From assembly GCA_964016885.1 (NCBI GenBank), contig OZ024742.1, forward strand, positions 217,682,001-217,746,000: 64,000 nt of DNA, read 5' to 3'. The stretch comes from Eledone cirrhosa. Lineage: Eukaryota. A program made the position numbers and the translations under genes. Under the pieces are notes generated by a model. The model was given only the letters and a program-made list of their open reading frames with translations. It ran no database searches and was not told the DNA's origin. Shown here piece by piece: positions 1 to 12,754 of the stretch (the first letter of the stretch is position 1; each line of letters begins with the position of its first letter).

Positions 1-16
1 ACAAATATAAACGCAT

Positions 17-763
17 TTAACAAATACAATTAACTATTACTAGTTGGAGATTGACATTGTTTTTATCAGTTATCATACATTTCGTTTTGGAGATGTTGAT
101 GTGTAAACCAACCTCTAGTGATTGTGTGACCAATACATTCAGAAAGTCTTGTAGATCAGTTCTAGAGTAACTCATGATAGCCAGATCGTCTGCATAGTTA
201 AGATTTGATAGGATTTGCTCAAGTTTGTATATCGCGGTCACAAGCTATCATCAAACAACAATGGAATGGTCGCTATTACCGCATCACTCTAGGTTGGGCA
301 GCTTTCAACAGGAACAAAGAAGTGCTAACATCAAAGCAAATTTCTTATTATTTGAAGATCTTTGACACTTACATCGTACCAGTTGTGTTATATGGTCTTG
401 ATTGTGTTAACTGGACGACAAGGTCACTTCAGAAGCTCTCTACATTCCAGAACCACATCATGAGACTTATGACTAAGAAACCACTCAGCGACCATATCTC
501 TATCAATGAGCTACTCAACATCAGTTACCAAGTCAAGAGTACTTAAACTGTATGGTCATATCAAAAGAACAATTTGCGGTGCAAGTAAGTTATACCTAGA
601 AGGAAAGTTAGCCATAACAGAAGCAAGACCCGTCAGCCAAAACGCTGACTTATGGACTGGACTTGACCATTGCTCTTTAGATTTTGCTGTTGGTGATCAA
701 CATTTGTGGAGAAGAATATCTCATGTTGATGTGCAGTGTGTAACAGACGGGGTGAGTGTCTAG
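17..763. mobile_element. Decayed non-LTR retrotransposon (RTE-like) fragment with apparent 5' inversion
   Basis: Minus ORF 17-241 has the RT motif LNYADDLA...GLHINISKTKCM. Plus ORFs 205-763 continue with RT C-terminal-like sequence (PVVLYGLDC, LKLYGHIKR). Confidence 0.65.
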
Positions 764-1649
764 GAAAGTGTGTATGTGTATATAAAAAAAGAGGTTCGCA
801 GAAGACAAAGAACACAAAAACAAACAGATCACTCTTATCAGTCAACCTATGGAAATCACTATAGTTTCTGTGCATTAAGTTTGATACTAATCATTCCAAT
901 GCACATTGGGATGTAACAGAACAAGGAAAAACAGGACAAGTTGTACCTTTCGGTGAATTACACAAATAAAAGCAAAAGATGCTACAAACCAATATGCTTA
1001 AACTGAAAATGAGAAGATAGAAATGCTGTGGGTGGTAGCTTAGCCAAAAATTGAAAAATATCCCCCCAAAATATATTTGAATTACAGTCCTACTTACAAA
1101 GACAAAGAAAAATGACAGGGACATGGAAGAAAGGATTAAGAAAGTGGATGACAAAAAGAAAGATATTGGAGAGTGTAAAGTGTATTTTTTATAGATATTA
1201 AAAAGGCCTGTATGGCTAAGACTATATTGAATATGAATAAAAAAAAAGGGGGAGGGGAGGGGCACCAAATAAAGACAATGTAAAAAAAAACAATCTCTTT
1301 TCATCAGTCAACCTCTGAAAATCACTATAGCTTCCATGCATTAAGGTTGATACTACACCTGTGGACATGCTTACAAAATCAGAAAACAGTACAGCTCTAT
1401 CAGGTAGAGAAAGTCATCGATGGGAGTGGGTGGAGAGATGGTAGCATGGTGGAAGTGGCACAATGGCAGCTATATGTTGCTTGCTGGGAGAGTCATTATT
1501 CACAAGGAGGAAAAAGAAGGGAAAACAAATGTTGGGTGATGAAGTCGGCCTTGAAAAGAGGGAGAGGATGGAACATTCACCATAGTTTTAGTAACCCATT
1601 AAAATGCACCCAGTACACTCTGGAAATTGGTAATGCTTGTGCCACCCCA

Positions 1650-2590
1650 CAAAAGATATAGCTGAATCTATGGTTGAACTAAAGAAGAAATGGAAGCATG
1701 GTCTAGATTCAAAAGGCCTTAAAGTTAATTAGTCTAAGAATGAAGTTCTAGTATGTAGAAAGGAAAATAGGGCACAGGTGACCTCTGGGAAATGGCCATG
1801 CTCAGTGTGTAGGAAAGGAGTAAGTAGAAATTCCATTCTATGCCCCAAATGCAAACTATGGGTACATAAAAGATGTAGTGGGATCACAGGCAAGCTATCT
1901 AAGAATGTAGATTTTATATGTGGCTGATGCTCAGGTAAGTAGCAAGTACCCACTGGAAACTAGCTCCTTCAACTACCCAGATGGTTCTATAGAAATAGTA
2001 GACACTTTCCATTACCTGGGTGACAAAATCAGCAGTGGGGGAAGGTGCTCTGAAAGTACAGTAGCCAGAGTTAGAACGGGATGGAAAACGTTCAGAGACC
2101 TAATACTGCTGTTTGTCACAAAAGGTTTCTCTCTAAAAATGAAAGGCAGATTGTATGATGCTTGTATACGAACAGCAATGTTACATGACAGTGAGACATA
2201 AGCATTGCGTGCAGAGGACCTGCACAGACTGGAAAGGAATGAAGCATGCATGCTTCGATGGATGTGTGATAGTAATATACATGAATGGCAAAGCATAAAC
2301 AAACTATGTGAGAATTTAGGAATAAGAGGGATCAGATGCAGTTTACTTGAGAGGAGATTCCGTTCGTATGGTCATGTGATGCATATGAAGGACAACAGCT
2401 GTATAAAAAAGTGCAGGGCGATCAAAATTGATAGAAACTACACAGTAGGTAGACCCAGAAAAACCTGGGACGAGGTGATAAAAACTGACCTTGCACACTT
2501 ACACCTCTCTAAGACAATGTCACTGGATTGAGACCTTTGGCGCTATGCAGTAATACAGAAGACCTGCCTTCCCTTATGTATGAACCTAAA
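1650..2590 (+). mobile_element. RTE-clade LINE 3' fragment, decayed
   Basis: ORFs 1920-2201 and 2205-2531 contain F.YLGD.IS, LYDACIRTAMLHDSET, MLRWMC and GRPRKTW motifs. In-frame stops are present. Confidence 0.85.
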
Positions 2591-2599
2591 CCTTCAGTC

Positions 2600-2950
2600 A
2601 CACCCCACACACCCTACTCCATCCTCCCACTTCTGCCCACCCTTTCTCTGTAAAGTTATGTTGGTACCACAGAACATCCAGCCCACACATAAGTGGTCGT
2701 GTAGGTGCCATGAAAAAAAACACCCAGTCCACTCTGTAAAGTAGTCGTGTAGGAGACACAGTAAAAAAGCACCCAGTCCACACTGTAAATGTGGTTGGTG
2801 TTAGGAAGGGCATCCAACCGTAGAAAACCAGCCAGAAACAGTTCTATACGAACGAGACGCAGTCACCTGACCAATGTTGCCTCAAGTGGGGAAAACCTGG
2901 CTAACTCATGCTAGCATGGAAGATAGATGTTTAAACAATAATGATGATAT
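2600..2950 (+). mobile_element. Short interspersed repeat with internal ~45-bp subrepeats and (GAT)n tail
   Basis: Core tgtggttggtgttaggaagggcatcca recurs at about 4985-5338, 5940-6228, 17330-17590, 30430-30847, 44100-44340, 55761-56120 (minus) and 62220-62572. The GAT tail is shared with the RTE LINE ends. Confidence 0.75.
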
Positions 2951-3099
2951 GACAATTGTATCACTGAATTCCATGTGCATAACTTGTCATTCTATTATCT
3001 ATGACTATTCTGAGCTGGATAATTCTGTCATTTGTTGCAGCAATAAAATAGAGTTGAATCCCTATATTTAAATAACCCTGTATCTTATACTGTTTCTTT

Positions 3100-3109
3100 A
3101 TTGTTTCAG
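3100..3109 (+). promoter_or_regulatory. Splice acceptor of the ZNF coding exon
   Basis: ttattgtttcAG|agtatcagatg precedes all four ZNF ORFs. The AG is at 3108-3109, 25707-25708, 41993-41994 and 63260-63261, about 130 nt upstream of each ATG. Confidence 0.75.
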
Positions 3110-3242
3110 AGTATCAGATGATATTAGCATTCAAGAATTCTTTACATCAGATACATCCTCAATATTTATCATCTGTTAAAGACTAACAAAAGATATTATA
3201 CAAAGCAAATATAAACAAAAGGAGTTAAAAAAAAGAAAAATT

Positions 3243-4520
3243 ATGGAAAATGATTTACAGGAGAAAGAGGTTGAGATTAAAATGGAGATTGAAAGTTATG
3301 ATTTTCCTAGTGAGGGACTGAAAGAGATTGGAAAAACATCATACAACTGTGATGCCTCTGGTAAACCATTTTCCAAAAGACATCAACTCCCTTCTAACAA
3401 AGATATTCATACAAGAAAGAAGCCATATCACTGTGATATTTGCGGTAAATCATTCTCTCGAAATTATGCATTAACTAAGCACCAACATATTCATACAGGA
3501 GAGAAGCCATATCACTGTGATATTTGTGGTAAATCATTTTTTGAAAAAGATAGCTTAGAAGCTCACACACGTTTGCATACAGGAGAAATGCCATATCACT
3601 GTGATTTCTGTGGTAAATCATTCTCTCGAAAGAATGTGTTAACTAGACACAAATTTATTCATGTAGAGGAGAAGCCATATCACTGTGATATCTGTGGAAA
3701 ATCATTCACTCGAAGTAATGACTTAACTGTACACAAGCGTATTCATACAGGAGAGAAACCATATCTTTGCAATATCTGTGGTGAATCATTTTTTCAAAAT
3801 AAGGCATTAACTAAACACAAATATGTTCATACAGGTGTAAAGCCTTATCAGTGTGATATTTGTGGTAAATCATTTTCTGGAAATAGTGAATTCACTCTAC
3901 ACAAACGTGTTCATACAGGAGAGAAGCCATATGACTGTGATATCTGTGGTAGGACATTCTCTCGAAATGGTACATTAACTAAACACAAACGTATTCATAC
4001 AGGTGAGAAGCCATATGAGTGTGATATTTGTGGTAGATCATTTTCTGGAAAAAGTGACGTCACTAAACACAAACGTGTTCATACAGGAGAGAAGAAATAT
4101 CTCTGTGATATCTGTGGTAAATCATTCTCTCATACAAATACTTTAATTAGACATAAACGGATTCATACTGGAGAAAAGCCATATCACTGTGTCTTCTGTG
4201 GTAAATCATTCACTAATAACACTCACTTAACAAATCACATACGTACTCATACAGGTGAGAAGCCATACCAGTGTGGTATCTGTGGTAAATCATTCTCTCA
4301 AAGTAGTGATTTAAATACTCACAAACGTATTCATACTGGAGAGAAGCCATTCCACTGTGATATCTGTGATAAATCATTCACTAAAAATGGAAGCTTAACT
4401 ATACACAAGCGTATTCATACAGGAGAAAAACCACATCACTGTGATATCTGTGGTAAATCATTCTCTGATTATAGAACCTTAAATAAACATAAGCGTATTC
4501 ATTCTACAGAAGAGCTTTGA
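3243..4520 (+). CDS. C2H2 zinc-finger protein, 425 aa, 13 fingers plus 1 degenerate N-terminal finger
   Basis: Uninterrupted ORF of CxxC-x12-HxxxH repeats with TGEKPY linkers and a short acidic N-terminus shared with the paralogs. Confidence 0.95.
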   Translation: MENDLQEKEVEIKMEIESYDFPSEGLKEIGKTSYNCDASGKPFSKRHQLPSNKDIHTRKKPYHCDICGKSFSRNYALTKHQHIHTGEKPYHCDICGKSFFEKDSLEAHTRLHTGEMPYHCDFCGKSFSRKNVLTRHKFIHVEEKPYHCDICGKSFTRSNDLTVHKRIHTGEKPYLCNICGESFFQNKALTKHKYVHTGVKPYQCDICGKSFSGNSEFTLHKRVHTGEKPYDCDICGRTFSRNGTLTKHKRIHTGEKPYECDICGRSFSGKSDVTKHKRVHTGEKKYLCDICGKSFSHTNTLIRHKRIHTGEKPYHCVFCGKSFTNNTHLTNHIRTHTGEKPYQCGICGKSFSQSSDLNTHKRIHTGEKPFHCDICDKSFTKNGSLTIHKRIHTGEKPHHCDICGKSFSDYRTLNKHKRIHSTEEL

Positions 4521-4825
4521 AATCAAATATCACAATCACAAGTTACTCACTCATACAACGGGAAGATTTATCACTGTGATATCTGTAGTAAATTATTCTC
4601 TGATACAAGTCTATTAACTACACATGTATCTATTAATATAGATCAAACACACAGGCAGAAGCTGTCTAATTTCTTTGCAGGAATGCATTCAATATCACAA
4701 TTATTACAAAAAAATACGCTTTCATGTTTATAACTACTCTTATGAATTCTATGATTTACCTTGTTGGTGAAAGCACTCTTTTACCTATTCCAGTTGTGTT
4801 ATCATTTGCCACAAGGTTTTGTTGA

Positions 4826-4831
4826 AATAAA
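4826..4831 (+). terminator. Probable polyadenylation signal of ZNF gene 1
   Basis: AATAAA followed by a GT/T-rich element, in a block conserved at 12250, 29054 and 43804. Confidence 0.55.
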
Positions 4832-4943
4832 AAAATTTAAATTAGCAGTTTTTGTTTCCTTGTTTGTATGTCTCAATGCTTTAAGATCTTTATCACTTTC
4901 TGCAATTACACATCAATACATATGACTAATGCACCAACACATT

Positions 4944-4979
<36 letters not shown>

Positions 4980-5489
4980 ACTACCCCTACCCTATCCTCC
5001 CATTCCCACCAACACCACCCTCTCTCTGTAAAGTTGGTACCACAACATCCAGTCCAAATAAATGAGATAATGAGATCGAGATCGTGTAGGTGTGACAACA
5101 AAAAAACACACAGTCCACGCTGTAATGTGGCTGTGTAGGTAACACGGTAAAAAGTTCCCAGTTCCACACTGTAAATGTGGTTGGTGTTAGGAAGGGCATC
5201 CAGCCGTATAAAACCTGCCAGATAGTCCTATATGAGTGAGACACGGTCACCCGACCAACCTTGCCTCAAGTGGGACGACTCCCGTCTAACCCATGCTAGC
5301 GTGGAAGATGGACGTTAAATGAAGACGATGATGATGATATATATATATATATATTTCTTTTGCAAATAAATAAATAAATAAATAAACATTATAATACAAC
5401 AGGAGGAAACATAATAGTATCACTGATGATGTCACAGGTGTGTGATGAAAGAACTTTGAGAGACTATATATATATATATATATGTATGC

Positions 5490-5920
5490 GTGTATACGAA
5501 CAGCAATGTTACATTGTAGTGAGACCTAAGCGCCGTTTGCAGAAGACTTGCGTAGATTAGAAAGAAACGAAGCCTGCATGCTCCGATGGATGTGTAATAG
5601 TAATATACACGAATGGCAAAGCATAAACGAATTAAGAGAGACTGAGCATAAGAGGAATCAAATACTGTGTGCAGGAGCGGAGGTTGTGTTGGTATGGACA
5701 TGTGATGTGTATGAAGGATGACAGCTGCATAAAAAGGTGCAGAGCACTAGAAGTCGATGGAAGCCGCGGCGTGGGGAGACCCAAGAAGATCTGGGATGAG
5801 GTGATAAAAGCCGACCTTACCCAATTGCCCAATTGCACCTCTCAAAGGCGATGATACACGATCGTGACCTCTGGCATCACGCAGTAACACAGAAGGCCCG
5901 ACTTCCTACGGGTACAAGCC
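5490..5920 (+). mobile_element. RTE LINE 3' fragment
   Basis: ORF 5669-5854 reads ERRLCWYGHV...GRPKKIW. Homologous to 2160-2560. Confidence 0.8.
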
Positions 5921-8124
5921 GAAGCTGAAGCATATAGACAATATACCCCCACCCCCTCCCACTGCAAAGTGGTCGTGGAGGTGCCACAGCAAAAAAGCAC
6001 CCAGCCCACACTGTAAAGTGGACGTGTAGGTGCCACGGAAAAAAAGCACCCAACACTCACTGTAAATGAGGTTGGTGTTAGGAAGGGCATCCAGCTGTAG
6101 AAATCAAGCCAGGATCAGTTCCCGTATGAGCAAGACAAGGTCAGCTGACCAGACACTGCCCACAACAGGACAACCTGTCTAACCCATACTAGTGTGGAAG
6201 AACGGATGTAAAACGGTGATGATGATGATATATATATATATTTTTTTTAACTGTTGGTCAACCAATGATAAACATTGATTGCCAGCTAAATTAACTATAG
6301 GGATTATAGGGATATAATATACGGAAGCGAAAACCAACCTAAACCAAACAGTGAGTGTGTCTTTTTATTATTTCTGGCAATATTATAACAATGTGACCCT
6401 CCCCAAATACAATAATATATATGTATATAAATATATATATAAATTAATATATGATTATCATCACTAACATCACTGCTTAACGTATTTTCCATGCTTGTAT
6501 GAAGTTAGACTGGTCAGGTGACCATGTCTTGCTCATACATTCCATTTTTTACTTTGTTTTGACAGGGTCTACTGGGAACATTTTAGGCTGGATGCTTTTC
6601 TTCATGGCTCCATCACTAGGAAAGGAGTGCCATAATAACGTGGGAGAGGAAGCATCAGGTTATAGTGATGGCCCTTAAGCAAGTGAGTTGTGTCTGGCAG
6701 AATATTGGGAGATGTTACATGGGTTGGACAAGGGAGTGAATCAGATTTGTGGATGGGAGTAGAGGTAAACACCTTTCTTCCATGCTGATATGGGTGGTGC
6801 AGGGAAATGAATTGGGGATGTGGAATGGGGAGCACAATATATGTGGGGAAGAGAACACTGTTTTCTGTGCTGGCATGGGTTAAATGAGGAAAGCAAGGGG
6901 ATGAAGTATGTGGGTGGTGGCTAGGCATTTTGGGAGTGGAGAGATATGGTTAGGAAGGTGGAGAGGAGAGTTGGACCTGTCCACTACTCTCTCTCTTTTG
7001 CATTTCACCCCATTCATGTAAAATAAGTTTTCTGCGGTGTGACATATCTCTGGTTGACTTAGGTCATATTCTTTGCAAGGTCAACTTTGACTATCATCAT
7101 CATTATCATTTATTGTCTGCTTTCCTTGCTGGCAAGGGCTGGAAGGGTCTATATAGATCAAGTCAGTACTGAATTGAGGCTACTGACTTCCCAGACAGTC
7201 CGAGGGGTGTTCTATCCTGTTTACGTAAGGTCATATTGAGTGCAAAGGAAAAGTTGTATCTTTTGATACAAACTGAAGGGACCTCCTAAGCTCTTGTTTG
7301 ACAAGCTTTCTATGGCCAGATGCCCTTCCTAACAGCAACCACTTTACAGCATGTACTGGGTGCTTTTATTGTGTAGATTAGCACCAGGGAGGCTGTCATA
7401 TCCTTGACACAACTAAAGAGCCCTCCCAACCATTTGTTTGGCAGCTTTCTTTGACTGGATACCTTTCCTGTTACTAACCACTTTATAGTGTGTACTAGAT
7501 CACCAACACTAGAGAGATTATTGTAACTTTGACACAACCAAAGGGTCCTCCCAACCCTTTTAAGCATGGTTCTACAGTGGGTACTCTTCCTGTCACCAAC
7601 CAGCCTTACAAAGTGTACCGGGTGCATTTTCATGGCACCATCTCTACAGAGGTTGTTGGTCACATAGGCCTCTCATATCTGAAGAGGCAGGCAATAGGGG
7701 AGGGAGATAAGTATGAAGTTATAGGTGTATGTGGAGATTTGGCAGGGGAATGAGTAAAGAGTAGAGGTGGCTGATTAGGGAATGTAGTAGTGTGAGGGAT
7801 GTGGTCAATATAGTGGGTGTGGGGGTGATGGAGAGATAGGTAAGGAGTATCTGATTAGTGTATGGTGTGAGGGGATGTAGTGGTGTGGCGGATGTGGTCG
7901 ATAGAGAGAGGGCTGTGGTAAAGAGGTAGATAAGGGGGTAGTGAGGAGGTAAGGGATGAACAATGGGTAGAGTACCTACTAGAGTGCAATTGTGAGAATA
8001 TCTGATGCCTTTAGAGGAGAGGTAGTAGTTAAGGAGTAGTTCTGAAGGGGGCATGGGTGTTGGGTGCAGTAATAGTGAGGATAGATGGTGGGGAGTGTTA
8101 GTGGGTGGGAGGGGGAGGGTCTTA

Positions 8125-8565
8125 TAGATGTGTTTTCATATTGTATGCTTCTGGCCCGTTTCCCTGCCATGTAGCATTTCAGTTTGCATACAGGCATCAT
8201 ACAGTCTACCCTTCACTCACAGCGGGAAGTTCTTTATACATGTTTATGCAGCTGCCATTCAGCATAGACATAACCTGTCCACAACATTGCAGTCTACTCT
8301 CTTGTATACTGTATTTAATCCCTTTTATGTTCAGTTTTTCCTTCAGCTTCATCTCTCATGCACATTAATATTACACAACCATTGGAGCATGCTTGCCTCA
8401 TTTCTTTCCTATCATCACAGATCCTCTGCATTCAAAGCCCACGTCTTACTTCCATGCAGCATCACAGTTCTCCTACAGGCATCACACAACCTGCCTTTCA
8501 TTCTGAGGGAGAAACCTTTTTGGCCAGCAGAGGTTATAACTCTGAACCTTTTCTACTTGGTTCTC
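8125..8565 (-). mobile_element. RTE LINE fragment, decayed
   Basis: The reverse complement matches the RTE RT C-terminal region seen at 13150-13450. Confidence 0.65.
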
Positions 8566-9222
8566 ATCATCATCATCATTTTACGTCTGCTTTTCCCTGC
8601 TTGCAAGGGTGGGACGGGAACTGATTCTGGCTTGTTACAACTCTCTCTCATGTAGACACTGTTAACATCCCCTTTCCATAAAGAGTTCTTGCAGCTATCT
8701 CATCTATAACTACCCTCTTACTATGTCCTTTCCATAAAGACTTGCTGATGATCTCTCACATTAGAGAGTTGTCATCAGAAAAAAGAAAAGGTTGATCTCC
8801 CATCATTGTTGTTGTAAGGTAAATAAAAGTATGAATATATCCTAACAGAGCCAAAACGTAACACAAACAGCAACATTAAAGAGACACAAAGGCACAAGGA
8901 AGAAAAAATGGTAGTTAGACTGTTAATTGAGGGAGAACAACACAATACTGCTATAGATATAAACAGAAGTTTAAAGTAATGATTGTTTATTAGAAAATGG
9001 GAAAGAGACACAACAAAAGCTTTCTTATTTTGACTCCTGTCAGAAATGTTCTGCCAATTGTGTTAACATTATTTTCAGTAAATTCATCCAACAGCAAATG
9101 TCAAAACACAACCCTTGAAAGCGGTTTCTAGATTTAAAATTTAAATCAAATATCAAAGCGACAAGACCAGAACATTTTGATGGAGGGATTTTTAATTTCT
9201 GAAATATTAGGACAAAATGATA

Positions 9223-9400
9223 ATTGTTTCCACTTTAGGCACAAGGCCAGCAATTTTGGGGGAGGGAAAAGTCGATTAAATTGACCCCAGTGCATTATTA
9301 GTGCTTTATTTTATCGACTCCGTAAGGATGAAAGGCAAAGCTAACCTCGGCAGGATTTGAACTCAGATCGTAAAGGGGCCATACAGCATATTGTCCAACG
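9223..9400 (-). mobile_element. tRNA-derived SINE
   Basis: Reverse complement contains B-box gagttcaaatcc and core tttgcctttcatccttacgg.gtcgataaaataaag. Same family as 54890-55068. Confidence 0.75.
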
Positions 9401-9412
9401 CCAATCCACCGC

Positions 9413-9532
9413 CCCAGGACTGATGTTGTTTAGCCGAAGGACAAATGTTGTTTAGCCCCAGGACAGATGTTGTTTAGACTCAGGACAGATGTTTAGCCCC
9501 AGGACTAACGTGGTTTAGACCCAGGACAGATG
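9413..9532. repeat. ~20-22 bp tandem minisatellite (ccccaggacagatgttgtttag)
   Basis: About 6 diverged tandem copies visible. Confidence 0.75.
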
Positions 9533-9539
9533 GGGGTCC

Positions 9540-10392
9540 CCTATTTAGCTGCTATTTCTAGCACACCTATGGACAACTATGATGTTTAGCTGATATAGAT
9601 GCTATTTCTAGCACACCTATGAACCACCATAAACCCCCCCCCCCCCTTGTTTACCTGATGTAGCTGCTATTTCTAGCACACCAATGGACTACCATGAGGT
9701 TCCCCCTATTTAGTTGCTATTTCTATGACACCTATGGACCACCATGAGGTCCCACCTGTTTAGCTGATGCAGTTGCTATTTCTAGCACACCTATGGACCA
9801 CCATGAGGTTCCACCTGTTTAGCTGATGTAGCAAATATTTCTAGCACATCTATGGACAACCAGGAGGTTTCCTCTATTTAGCTGCTATTTCTAGCACACA
9901 CGCACCACCATGAGGTTTCCACTTATTTAGCTCATGTAGCTGCTATTTCTAACACACCTGTGGTCCTCCATGAGGTTTCCCCTATTTAGCTACTATTTCT
10001 TGCACCCCTATGGACCACCATGAGATTCCCCTTATTTAGCTGCTATTTCTAGCACACCTGTGGATCACCATGAGATTTCCACTATTTAGGTGTATTTCTA
10101 GCACACCTATGGACCACTGAGGTTCCACCTGTTTAGCTGATGTAGCTACTATTTTTAGCACTCCTATTGACTACCATGATGTTCCTTCTTTTTAGTTGTT
10201 ATTTCTAGCACACCTATGGGCCACCATGTGGACCCCCTTTTTAGCTGCAATTTCTAGCACACCTATCGACCACTATGAGGTTTCCACTATTTAGCTGCTA
10301 TTTCTAGCACACCTATAGACAACCATGAGGTACCTCTGTATAGCCTATGTAGCTGCTATTTCTAGCATACTTATGGACCACCATGAGGTTCT
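9540..10392. repeat. ~45-55 bp minisatellite (tttagctgctatttctagcacacctatggaccaccatgaggtt)
   Basis: About 17 diverged tandem copies in two length variants, with or without an extra gatgtagct. Directly abuts the Helitron fragment. Confidence 0.9.
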
Positions 10393-10394
10393 CC

Positions 10395-11610
10395 AATGTG
10401 GCAACTTGAACATTAAGTGTGCTGTTTTGCCTCCATCAAGTAAGGTAGCAGCAATACCACTTGATGCAACAGCCAAAGCAATTTGCTTTCGCTGCCTTAT
10501 TTTTGCCAATATAAGATTTATTATGAAGGTTTTACCAGTTCCTCTGGAGCATCCAAGAAGTAAAGGCCTCCTTCATTCTGATTGATACTGGTCAATATTT
10601 TTCATAAGCAATTCTTTTATCTTCAATCAGCTTTTCTTTATTTTCATTGACCTATTGTGTAAGTTGTTGATGTCATAGTACATCTATCTTCTTATATCCT
10701 GTACAATATGACATGCAGCTGTGTCCCCAGGTTCTGGTAACCGCAATCCTTAAAGGACCAGTCAATTTCACTCAAGTGGTTGTTAATTATTTGAAGAAAA
10801 ATCTACATTAATGCCAGTGTTTTTAAGTTTGATCCTGTGCAATATATCTTCCGACAAGTCTTTCTTATAGCTTTCCCAGAGACTCAAGGGATCTGAAATA
10901 TTGCACGTAGTGAGCATTACAGTGAAGAGCTGTCAAAGCTTTTTAGGCATTTGTGTGGCAGCTGCCACTTCCAATGTCTTTTCCCCATCTTCAAGTAGGA
11001 CAAGTAATTTCCATGCTTCAGCATACGTTGTACAGGGAGTTCCATGTACAGTTTTGATATTTTTTAATGATATTGGCCCTCTAACAGTGTGAAGGAGTGA
11101 CCTCAAATGGAAACATTCCCTATGTCTAGGATGTGCCGTGTACACTCTTCCTATTGCACCACTTGCTTTGAAGTCTTGATAGCCATCCACATGGTTGCCT
11201 ATCTTTCGTCTGCTCCATTTCTTTTTATTCCATGTGTAGAATGTGAGAACCTCACGATAAGGCAAGGTTTTAGCAAAGGTATCTTCTCCACAAAGCTTTA
11301 AAAAAGCAGTGAGCGTTGTGTCTGGAGGATACTCAATTATCAATTGTGCATTTTCGTCAGTGTAATATATCCTCTGACCATTCTCCAATTGGACTGCAAG
11401 GTTCACTTCCGCTGGGTGTCTATTGTGTATGTCAAAGCCAAAGATTCTCCATATGGCTTCATTGCTAGAAATGTATCTTCCTGTTAGATACGTTTTAACT
11501 TCATTTAGTTGGTTATTGCCACCAATAGTAAAGGTTGACATAACACTAGCTTTGTTGATATATTTACAAACATACATAATTGATTTGACTGATGCGCATT
11601 TACTCACAAT
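10395..11610 (-). mobile_element. Helitron Rep/helicase fragment (pseudogenised)
   Basis: ORF 10933-11607 has YVCKYINK, RYISSNEAIWRIFGFDIH and LRSLLHTVRGP. Downstream on the minus strand are PIF1-type motifs GTGKTF and VASSGIAATLLDGGKTAH (about 10410-10560). Confidence 0.9.
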
Positions 11611-11614
11611 TGAT

Positions 11615-12390
11615 GTGTATCTATCACTATAGATCAGTTACCAGATCAATGTCAAAAGTCATTTTATTAAAAAAATATCTTTTGCTACGTCTTCTTGTTT
11701 CGATTGCTTGTTTTTTCAACAATCTGGGCCAATAAGTAAAATAGTGTAATTACTGCTAGGTTAAATTTTCTATGTTGACAACAACCTAGACTGAAATAGC
11801 TATGATGACTGCTAGGGGTATAATAAGCCCAAATCTCTCAGCTTTGTTCTCTGATCTCAGGCTTCTGACAGTCCATGTTTGACAGTAGCAGGCAGGTCAC
11901 CATGGCCAACTGAAACAGCTATGCCAATGCCATGAAAGTTTAGTAAATCTGCATCTTCACATTCGTGCATTCACTCTCTCTCCCACTTCCTCACCTAAAG
12001 TGAACACCTGATGATCTTGTAGGACTGCTTCAACTGGTCAGCCAGACACAGGCAGAAACTATCAAATTTCTTAACCTCTCTCCTTATCTAAATGAGATTA
12101 CAAAATACTCTCTTTCATCTTTATAATCACTCTTATATATGAACTCTACATTTTACTAATGTGTTGACAAAAACACACTCTTTGTTATTTCAAACTTTTA
12201 CATATTCCTGTTGTATTTTCCACATGGTTTTGTTGAATTCCTTGACAGAAATAAAAACATCTAAATGAGCAGTTTTTGTCTCTTTGTTGGTCTCTCTTAA
12301 TGTATTTGGGTCCTTATCACATTCTGCAATCACACATCAACTTATGACAATACATATGTCCAATGTGCACCAACACACACATTTCTGATA
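11615..12390 (+). pseudogene. Orphan ZNF 3' UTR/flank of a gene unit that has lost its coding exon
   Basis: Homologous to 28450-29170 and 43590-43945, including the AATAAA block. No ZNF ORF lies upstream. Confidence 0.65.
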
Positions 12391-12579
12391 TCATCATCAT
12401 CATCATCATCATCATCATTTTACGTCCGCTTTTCCCTGCTTGCAAGGGTGGGATGGGAACTGATTCTGGCTTGATTTCTACAGCTATCCAGCTGCATTTA
12501 CAGTGAGTGCTGGGTGCTTTTTTTCCGTGGCACCTACACGACCACTTTGCAGTGGAATGATAGGGACCCCAGTCCCTAT

Positions 12580-12725
12580 CATCTCATTTCTACAGCTGAG
12601 TAAACTAGAGCAATGTGAAATAAAGTGTCTTGCTCAAGGAAACAACACATCACCCGGTCTGAGAATTGAACTCACAACCTTTCGATTGCAAGGCCAATGC
12701 TCTAACCACTAAGCCATGTGCCTCC
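12580..12725 (-). mobile_element. tRNA-derived SINE, second family
   Basis: Reverse complement reads ggaggcacatggcttagtggttagagcattgg...gttgtgagttcaattc (A and B boxes) then ccttgagcaagacactt. A copy lies at 43954-44097 (+). Confidence 0.75.
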
Positions 12726-12754
12726 ATATATAAATATATATATATATGCATGTA

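Noticed and set aside
837-1353. ~55-bp direct repeat with a ~466-bp period, each copy with CTGAT(G/A)A on the minus strand; a possible third retrozyme-like unit
   Set aside because: A convincing stem II and nearby GAAA could not be built, so the hammerhead is unsupported.
9540-10392. Regular repeats resembling a CRISPR array
   Set aside because: No unique spacers, eukaryotic context and no cas genes. It is a minisatellite.
12640-12725. tRNA-like sequence, also at 43954-44025
   Set aside because: It continues into a SINE body, has no clean cloverleaf and is a SINE head rather than a tRNA gene.
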